Below, in pieces: positions 1-5,821 of a stretch of 20,000 nucleotides of DNA. The stretch lies in the IMG/VR virus record IMGVR_UViG_3300031772_000017, one strand, 5' to 3'. How positions within the stretch are numbered: position 1 is the first letter of the stretch; every line of letters starts with the position of its first letter. This DNA comes from an uncultured virus (IMG/VR IMGVR_UViG_3300031772_000017) (Duplodnaviria; Heunggongvirae; Uroviricota; Caudoviricetes). The position numbers and the translations under genes were made by a program. The notes under the pieces are model-generated. The model had not been told where the DNA came from. It made no database searches and saw nothing but the letters and a program-made list of their open reading frames with translations.

Positions 1-865
1 ACTTAGCAATGAGCGGGGGAAAGTTGACTGCATATTGACAGAAGCTAATACGGAACGCTTTCAGACCAATGGGGAATAATTTTTGTCCCTTCTCATAGAC
101 ACGGATAACATAAGACTCCCCTTCTTTGTTGCTGACTTGTGTTTTGCAGTGTTCGGGAAGGATGGAGAGTTCTTTCACGTCTTGTTGAGTCACACGAAGA
201 TTTGTGAGTGCTCGCATCTCCTCACTGTATCCTGTGTATTTTTCTTCAGAATTTGCACAGAGGAAATAATCCCACTTGCGTTGACGAAACGTACCCGCTT
301 CAAATGCTTTGATCCACTCTGGACCTGTTTCTGCTACGGGCAACACTCCATATCGTTCATTCTCCATGACTCGCACAGGAACCGAGTACGAGTAGAAGCT
401 GTCACGCTTAAAGTGCCGCTTTGCATATGTATGGAAGGTATTAAATAGTTCGTCCTTTGAGAAGAAATCATAGATGGACTTCCCTGCTGATGTATCGGAA
501 GTATAGTTGATTCGCGTTTTCATCATCGTAGGGAAGAATTGATTCACCGCGTTCCCTAGTGTTTTAGTGGAACGAAAGACAGAACCTTTAGCCTTTGTTG
601 TTTCACCCGCATGAAGATCATTGAATATGGATTTTGTGAATGTCTCTTTTTCCATCCCTCTAAACTGTTCGATGATTTCGGATTCATCGTATCCTACTCG
701 CGGTGGTTGCCCCCTCTCATCCCACAAGTAGACTACAAACTTCCTGAGATCACGCACCCATTGTTCAAAGTCTGCATCGGACATGAGTAAGATGTCCTCA
801 AACTTCTTGTTGAGGTCACTGTCGATCATCTCACTGTTGCGTTCGTAAAAGTATTTTTTACCCAT
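1..865 (-). CDS. Large phage protein, probable N-terminal part of a SAM-dependent DNA methyltransferase-like enzyme (runs off the left window edge)
   Basis: Not in the ORF track. Hand translation from ATG at 865 (MGKKYFYERNSEMIDSDLNKKFEDILLMSDADFEQWVRDLRKFVVYLWDERGQPPRVG...GNAVNQFFPTMMKTRINY...KRHFKRDSFYSYS...QKLFPIGLKAFRISFCQYAVNFPPLIAK) is open to position 1. It starts 3 nt after the upstream stop. The terminal 'AFR..QYAVNFPP.IAK' resembles the segment that precedes the DPxxGWGGR SAM-binding motif in phage MTase-like proteins (recalled). That motif itself lies outside the window. Confidence 0.6.
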   Translation of the reverse strand, partial: MGKKYFYERNSEMIDSDLNKKFEDILLMSDADFEQWVRDLRKFVVYLWDERGQPPRVGYDESEIIEQFRGMEKETFTKSIFNDLHAGETTKAKGSVFRSTKTLGNAVNQFFPTMMKTRINYTSDTSAGKSIYDFFSKDELFNTFHTYAKRHFKRDSFYSYSVPVRVMENERYGVLPVAETGPEWIKAFEAGTFRQRKWDYFLCANSEEKYTGYSEEMRALTNLRVTQQDVKELSILPEHCKTQVSNKEGESYVIRVYEKGQKLFPIGLKAFRISFCQYAVNFPPLIAK

Positions 866-868
866 GAA

Positions 869-1492
869 TCATTCCGGTAATTGTCCAGAAGTAGACTTTA
901 TTATAGTTGAGAGTGAATTCGGTTTTGCGTTAGAACGTGTGCTATCATGTGCCACATTCATCAATGTTGATTTACCAAACATTCTATGATACAACCAAAT
1001 GCACAATGATTCTAACATGTGTGTATCTACTAACATATCTTTGCGTTCTTGATCTGGAAGGTTTGTATCTGGTGCTAGGACATTTATGTATAGTTTCCAA
1101 GTAGGATTTGCTCGTTCAACTGCAACAAGATCATGATATTTTTTTTCAACTTTTGGATCATCTAATCTTGCTTTCTTTATATTGGGGTGATGATCCCTCC
1201 AACGATCATGCACTGGTGTTTTTGCCATGTCTCCTCTTCTGGTTCTTCCATTCTTTACGTCAATTCTATATAGGTTGCAATTTCCTCCCGCTCGTCCAAA
1301 ATAAAGTGTATATACCAGCCATTGTGGGAAATCAAGCTCAGAAGGACGCTTTGGACAAACTGCCAGGGCATAATTACACACTGAATGGTGCTTTGAAAAC
1401 TCTCCCATCTCCTCTTCAGAGAACCATCCTTTATTATCGAATTTAGTCCATGACAGTAGAAGTTTGAATACCAACTCACGAATAATTTGCAT
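869..1492 (-). CDS. Hypothetical protein, possible divergent GIY-YIG nuclease
   Basis: 207 aa, tightly packed between neighbours. Ordered motifs CNY...LYFG...RWRDH...LES...LMN match the GIY-YIG pattern (GIY, YIG, Arg, Glu, Asn). DNA is visibly AT-richer than its flanks. Confidence 0.5.
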   Translation of the reverse strand: MQIIRELVFKLLLSWTKFDNKGWFSEEEMGEFSKHHSVCNYALAVCPKRPSELDFPQWLVYTLYFGRAGGNCNLYRIDVKNGRTRRGDMAKTPVHDRWRDHHPNIKKARLDDPKVEKKYHDLVAVERANPTWKLYINVLAPDTNLPDQERKDMLVDTHMLESLCIWLYHRMFGKSTLMNVAHDSTRSNAKPNSLSTIIKSTSGQLPE

Positions 1493-1494
1493 AA

Positions 1495-2406
1495 TTACAG
1501 TCCCTCTCTGATGATTTGCTCAACTTCCCCAATGCGAGGACGTTTCCCCACGCACCAGAACATCGTCTTTTCTTTTGAAACATCGATGTTCTTTGTCAAC
1601 CAGTCATAAGCCTTACCCTCATAGAGGTCATCCATGTAGTCTCCGTTTACAAGGAAGTCGAAGGGTTTAGAATATGGTGATTTATGCGCTACCATTTCAA
1701 CGGGGTGATACTCGGAAGGAGTTGTCTGGTAAATGTCTCTGAAGTATCCTGTGAGTTGCTTTTCGCGTGTCGGCCCGACACAGACACTTACAATGCGCTT
1801 GACTTTTTTGTGATAGCGTTTGAGTCCAAGCAGAATACCAGTGAGTTGAATTGCGACACCGGAAGGAATGATGAGATTATCGAGTTCATCGGGAATGTTA
1901 ATCACTTGCTCCGCAGTTGATTCAAAGATCGCCCTCGGATTCTCGTCCATGAGTTCACCCATCTCAATAGGGAGATAGTTCAATTCCTCGGCAATCTTGT
2001 GCATACGGGCATGAATCACTGCGGTCATTCCATGTCCTGCAACAATGCGAATCGTAGACCCATAGTAGCGAGTCAGCTTCATCATATGATGAGTCAGTAG
2101 CTTCTCCGGTGTCGTTCCTCCCACACAGGAGATGCACTTCACGCCGTAGTGCTGAGCGACTTTTGCGATGTTCGCTGATTGAGGGGAATAGACGGAGGCC
2201 GCTGTCACAACTCCATTGTCATAGCGGCCCCTCAGTTCGTCTATCTTTGCACGGAATACCATGATCGCTTGACGCACTTTACCACCATTGACGTGAAAAT
2301 CTCCAAATGGTTTGAAGAGATCATCACGTTTCCAGTAGAGTCCAGCATATTCCTGAACGGGAGTTACGCTGTTTAATGCGTTATCAATATCAGCTTCCGT
2401 AGTCAT
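1495..2406 (-). CDS. PLP-dependent enzyme, fold type II (ACC deaminase/D-cysteine desulfhydrase-like; resembles phage DNA-hypermodification PLP enzymes)
   Basis: TPVQ...YWKRDDL...NGGKVRQ (Schiff-base Lys), TAASVYSPQ, QVINIPDELDNLIIPSG, DDLYEGKA. Start moved to ATG 2406, which has GGAG 8 nt upstream, rather than GTG 2415. Confidence 0.85.
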   Translation of the reverse strand: MTTEADIDNALNSVTPVQEYAGLYWKRDDLFKPFGDFHVNGGKVRQAIMVFRAKIDELRGRYDNGVVTAASVYSPQSANIAKVAQHYGVKCISCVGGTTPEKLLTHHMMKLTRYYGSTIRIVAGHGMTAVIHARMHKIAEELNYLPIEMGELMDENPRAIFESTAEQVINIPDELDNLIIPSGVAIQLTGILLGLKRYHKKVKRIVSVCVGPTREKQLTGYFRDIYQTTPSEYHPVEMVAHKSPYSKPFDFLVNGDYMDDLYEGKAYDWLTKNIDVSKEKTMFWCVGKRPRIGEVEQIIREGL

Positions 2407-2443
2407 AACAAGCACTCCATAATATAATTACACACAATCACGT

Positions 2444-2472
2444 ATTATAACAAACTTTACTTAGGAAGTCAA
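2444..2472 (-). promoter_or_regulatory. Sigma70-type (phage early) promoter with extended -10, upstream of the PLP enzyme gene
   Basis: TTGACT (2472-2467), 17-nt spacer ending in TGT, TATAAT (2449-2444). The -35 overlaps the TGA stop of the vWA gene. Confidence 0.8.
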
Positions 2473-3083
2473 GGATTTACTGCATCAGGGCCCGTCATAT
2501 CCACAGTTTTTGTGACTCCTGTTCGGTAGCTCCCCAAGGATTGTGAAGTCGTGCAATATGCGGCACGCACACCATCGGGAGTTGCAACGAATTGTCTTGA
2601 ATTCACAGCCGCGAAGTTCATCTTTGATCCTGCTGCAAACGCATCGATGTTTGCTCCCAAGAACACGAACTGCCACTTGTAGATGTCCTGCTGATGTTTC
2701 ACAGTATTCTTGACATCTTCCAGTTTTGCAACTTTCGACGTATTCTCTTCTCCATCTGTGATAATCACGAACACGACACGGTCAGGACGATCCTGTTCTG
2801 CTTTTGCACTCAGTCTCTCCCCTTCCTTCGTGATCGCTTCTGCGACTGCATCCAAGAGAGCGGTTGATCCACTAGGAACATAGTTCCAAGTCGTCAGAAG
2901 ATCGAAATTCTTCACTTCCTGCACGTTCCCATCAAACGTATAGAGGGAAGTTGTAATTGTGCCGGGTATGTCTTTCTGTGCTGCAACGAGGGAATTGACT
3001 CCCTCAATCGTCGCTTGCTGCAAGTGTCCCATTGAACCGGACTTATCGAGCACAAGAACCAAATGCGTGTAATTCTGCTTCAT
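2469..3083 (-). CDS. von Willebrand factor type A (vWA) domain protein
   Basis: MIDAS motif LVLDKSGSM (DxSxS), STALLDAV (Thr), IITDGEEN (Asp), WQFVFLGAN. RBS GGGGGT upstream. Confidence 0.9.
   Translation of the reverse strand: MKQNYTHLVLVLDKSGSMGHLQQATIEGVNSLVAAQKDIPGTITTSLYTFDGNVQEVKNFDLLTTWNYVPSGSTALLDAVAEAITKEGERLSAKAEQDRPDRVVFVIITDGEENTSKVAKLEDVKNTVKHQQDIYKWQFVFLGANIDAFAAGSKMNFAAVNSRQFVATPDGVRAAYCTTSQSLGSYRTGVTKTVDMTGPDAVNP
2473..2500. repeat. 28-bp perfect direct repeat, copy 1
   Basis: GGATTTACTGCATCAGGGCCCGTCATAT, identical to 3137-3164. Encodes the C-terminal residues of the vWA protein (MTGPDAVNP). Confidence 0.95.
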
Positions 3084-3136
3084 ACGTACCCCCGTTGGTT
3101 AATAAACTGACTATGCTCATGGGGTCACCACCACAT

Positions 3137-3164
3137 GGATTTACTGCATCAGGGCCCGTCATAT
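3137..3164. repeat. 28-bp perfect direct repeat, copy 2
   Basis: GGATTTACTGCATCAGGGCCCGTCATAT, identical to 2473-2500, upstream of the vWA start. Confidence 0.95.
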
Positions 3165-3229
3165 AATCGCTCCACATATTCTTGTGCGGTTTCGACATAT
3201 GTTCCATTGAGCATCCTACGTAGGCTCAT
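3149..3229 (-). CDS. Putative 26-aa micro-ORF (MSLRRMLNGTYVETAQEYVERLYDGP)
   Basis: ATG 1 nt after the upstream stop, preceded by AAAGGAG at RBS distance. Its TGA stop lies inside repeat copy 2. Confidence 0.45.
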   Translation of the reverse strand: MSLRRMLNGTYVETAQEYVERLYDGP

Positions 3230-3230
3230 C

Positions 3231-3494
3231 TTACGCTGCTCCTTTCACGAAAGCTCGCATGGGTAATGGTCGATGCTGTCCATTGGCATCACCACGTCTC
3301 AGAAGTTCTTTAGCAATATGTCGGCTTTGAATATCGGCGGGAGTGCCTCGCTTGTAGGTTTTCTGACCAAAGATTCGATGTAATGTGGCTAGTTGTTCAT
3401 GATCCATTTCCCAGACTCGTCGAATGACTTGTTCAGGTTGAGTTTCATATCCCAAACTGTATTTGAATCTGAGCCACCATCCCATGATTTTCAT
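3231..3494 (-). CDS. Hypothetical protein (87 aa)
   Basis: Fills the gap in the minus-strand operon. ATGA overlap with the upstream micro-ORF and GGAAGGA RBS. Confidence 0.6.
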   Translation of the reverse strand: MKIMGWWLRFKYSLGYETQPEQVIRRVWEMDHEQLATLHRIFGQKTYKRGTPADIQSRHIAKELLRRGDANGQHRPLPMRAFVKGAA

Positions 3495-3521
3495 ATTATT
3501 TTCCTTCCCATGATTTTCATA
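3480..3521. repeat. 16-bp direct repeat pair, 10-nt spacer
   Basis: TCCCATGATTTTCATA at 3480-3495 and 3506-3521 (minus strand TATGAAAATCATGGGA, encoding MKIMG in both adjoining ORFs). Confidence 0.9.
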
Positions 3522-3592
3522 AGTTTTTGTGACTCCTCAGCAACAGCGAGCGATGCAAACAGTGTTTTCAAAAAGTTGCGTCTATTCAACAT
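3491..3592 (-). CDS. 33-aa micro-ORF with twin-arginine (Tat) signal-like motif (MLNRRNFLKTLFASLAVAEESQKLMKIMGRKII)
   Basis: Hand translation. NRRNFLK matches the S/TRRxFLK consensus and is followed by a short hydrophobic stretch and AVA. GAAGGA RBS. Overlaps the upstream gene end, and its stop overlaps the next ATG (ATGA). Confidence 0.6.
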   Translation of the reverse strand: MLNRRNFLKTLFASLAVAEESQKLMKIMGRKII

Positions 3593-3980
3593 AGAGAGTT
3601 CCTTCATATGGTTGATAGATTGTTTGAAGCCCCTGCTCAGTGTAGACAAACACTTTTATGTTCTGCTTTCGTGCTTGATTCACCATGTTGAGGGTACCCT
3701 TTGAATTCTTGATGTCATTATGGAACGCAACAACTAGGTCGGGCTTCCCCTCAGTGAGCATTTGTGTGTTGCGAATTGGACCAGCGGCTCTACCGTACTT
3801 ATCCCAATCGGCGGGAAACTTTAGCACTTGAATACCAAAATACTCAGCCGCATCCCTGGACAAAGAATCTGCTCCTTTAGTTTCCCCCTCAATCACAACA
3901 TCAGGCTTAAAGTACGTCATTATATCACAAATGACTTTGTAATTGGTCCAATTTCTATCTCCACAAAATAAAACTCTCAT
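3582..3980 (-). CDS. SLOG-superfamily protein (DUF2493/YspA-related)
   Basis: MRVLFCGDRNW...VIEGETKGAD...FPADWDKYGRAAGPIRNTQM...LVVAF...SKGTLNMV, a characteristic DUF2493 motif series. Confidence 0.85.
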   Translation of the reverse strand: MRVLFCGDRNWTNYKVICDIMTYFKPDVVIEGETKGADSLSRDAAEYFGIQVLKFPADWDKYGRAAGPIRNTQMLTEGKPDLVVAFHNDIKNSKGTLNMVNQARKQNIKVFVYTEQGLQTIYQPYEGTLYVE

Positions 3981-5122
3981 AATATCAGTCCCTCCGCAAT
4001 CATCTTTTCGAGTTTCGGAGTCACGATTGTATCCACGACTAGGTGGATTCGTTCTTCTGCTCCTCCATTGATCGCCATATGAGGTTTGCGTGTGTCAATC
4101 AACCAACATTCACCTAGCCCATAATGGTATTTCTCTTCGATATCATTTCCGTTCCATGTGCTGAAGAGGACTTTCGGATTTGTTTTGAGAGGGAAATGCA
4201 AGCGAGCTAGGGCGCCTAGTGAGTTTCCGGCGTCAGGATCAACCTGATCGGTATGTTTCAATAACTCTCCCCCAGCAGGAGCCAACCGCATAAGTCTAAC
4301 CCGGTGCACATCCCCATCTAAAAATGAGAGAAGTTCCCGTACTTCAGGAAATTCTGAGTAGAGTGCTGTGTCTTGGAGTTCGTAGTGTTCATCTTTGTGT
4401 TCTTCCTTCCACTTTTTATTCATCTCTATGGGTTTCGTGATAAACGCCGGGTCCGCTGAATATCCCCGTAGTGCAAGTGCAGACCACGCATTCATGGTGT
4501 TATAATTGCTGTAATGATTCGTGTACTTCAAAGCTTTCTGTTCGATCTTCTTGAGGATTAAGAGAGGAAGTGTTGATCCTACAGATGCAATCTTTGCCAT
4601 GCCAATGAGTTCAGCGGGAGGCACAATCGGATGCACTCTAGGTCCACCACATCCCCATTTGTTGTCACGGTAATAGACAGACATGATTTCCGCAAAGGAT
4701 GAGACTTTATATCCAATCTTTTTGAACCCATGATGTTCTGCAAGCTCACATATATAGCGGTCTGCTGCCCAGGAAAATAACCAACATGGTTCATGACTAT
4801 GATCGTCGAGAGCCAATCCTAAACTATATACCCCCCCGCAGAGGCGAGAGAAAGAAACGTCACCCTTCTTTTTCTCTCCAATGACCGTATCTCCGTGCAT
4901 GTAAATCTTAGAGTTCACTTTTGCACGTTCCACCACTAATCCCGCTTCTATTTTTTTCCCATAGTCTAAGTATTGCAGCGTTCCTGTGCGGAGTCGTTCA
5001 GCGATGTTGTTCTTCTTGAATTTGGAGAATGGAGAGACCGCAAATTTGTTGTAGGGTGCATAGAACGCCTCAATTTCCTTGAGATAGTCGAGATCGTATC
5101 CGCGCTGCCAGTTTTTCATCAT
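3977..5122 (-). CDS. Two-domain protein: N-terminal possible GNAT-like domain plus C-terminal Asp/Asn beta-hydroxylase-type 2OG-Fe(II) oxygenase
   Basis: C-terminal RVRLMRLAPAGGELLKHTD (HxD)...RLHFPLKTN...GECWLIDTRKPHMAINGGAEERIHLVVD (distal His and 2OG-binding Arg). The N-terminal half ends with a GNAT-like 'ELAEHHGFKKIG' segment, which is a weaker call. Confidence 0.8.
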   Translation of the reverse strand: MMKNWQRGYDLDYLKEIEAFYAPYNKFAVSPFSKFKKNNIAERLRTGTLQYLDYGKKIEAGLVVERAKVNSKIYMHGDTVIGEKKKGDVSFSRLCGGVYSLGLALDDHSHEPCWLFSWAADRYICELAEHHGFKKIGYKVSSFAEIMSVYYRDNKWGCGGPRVHPIVPPAELIGMAKIASVGSTLPLLILKKIEQKALKYTNHYSNYNTMNAWSALALRGYSADPAFITKPIEMNKKWKEEHKDEHYELQDTALYSEFPEVRELLSFLDGDVHRVRLMRLAPAGGELLKHTDQVDPDAGNSLGALARLHFPLKTNPKVLFSTWNGNDIEEKYHYGLGECWLIDTRKPHMAINGGAEERIHLVVDTIVTPKLEKMIAEGLIL

Positions 5123-5811
5123 TAGTTCTCCCTATTGGACTGTACCGATGTTACGGGAATTTGATGTGGGGAGGATGAGTTAGTATCTGTTCGTCCATAC
5201 GTCTTATCCTTCCCCGAAATCCGCAATAGTTGTGCCTTCCGGTCTACAACTTGTTGAATCTTCTTGAACAGCTTCTTGCGCTTCTTCTGCGCCATTTGTA
5301 ACGTTAAGTTTCCGACTAGCTTCGTGAATACACGTCCTTCAAGGTGATCGTATTCGTGTTGTGCTGCACGGGCAGTCGCTCCGGTCCAATTCGCTTCAAT
5401 TCGCTTTCCGAATTCATTCGTGTACTTGATATGGATAGACTCAGGACGAGTGATGTTCAAATACAGACCAGGGAAACTCAAACATCCTTCCTTTGTGAAG
5501 TTTGTTTCCTTTGACGATCCAATAATCACTGGGTTGATACAGACGATACCCCCAATCAACACAAAAATGCGATAAGGAAATCCGCATTGAGGAGCCGCGA
5601 GACCCACACCCCCATAATGACTCATCGTGTAGAGGAGTTGATTACAGAAGTCGATAATATTGACAGGTGAATTCTTGATATCGAATTCCTTATGCTTCAA
5701 CGCGAGCATAGGATTTTTGTCGTTGTACAAGGGGAATAGCTCCGGTTTCTTAGCATCAATCTTCGGAGCAACCTCTGTATTGTAGACAAAGTTCTTGAGT
5801 TCATCGTTCAT
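5122..5811 (-). CDS. def: Peptide deformylase
   Basis: All three PDF motifs present: GVGLAAPQ, EGCLS, HEYDH. Start moved to ATG 5811 (AAGGGGTG RBS, just after the gp46 stop) instead of 5913. Confidence 0.95.
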   Translation of the reverse strand: MNDELKNFVYNTEVAPKIDAKKPELFPLYNDKNPMLALKHKEFDIKNSPVNIIDFCNQLLYTMSHYGGVGLAAPQCGFPYRIFVLIGGIVCINPVIIGSSKETNFTKEGCLSFPGLYLNITRPESIHIKYTNEFGKRIEANWTGATARAAQHEYDHLEGRVFTKLVGNLTLQMAQKKRKKLFKKIQQVVDRKAQLLRISGKDKTYGRTDTNSSSPHQIPVTSVQSNREN

Positions 5812-5821
5812 ATGGCACCCC

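Noticed and set aside
2473..3164. CRISPR mini-array or DGR template/variable repeat reading of the 28-bp repeats
   Set aside because: Only two copies, 664 bp apart with a whole gene between. They are identical (no adenine-specific mismatches), and no cas or reverse transcriptase gene is in the window.
3185..3235. Hammerhead-ribozyme-like GATGAG...CGAAAC on the minus strand
   Set aside because: The core reads AAGATGAG instead of CUGANGA, the hairpin does not close next to GAAA, and no stem I/III pairing was found. A micro-ORF explains the region better.
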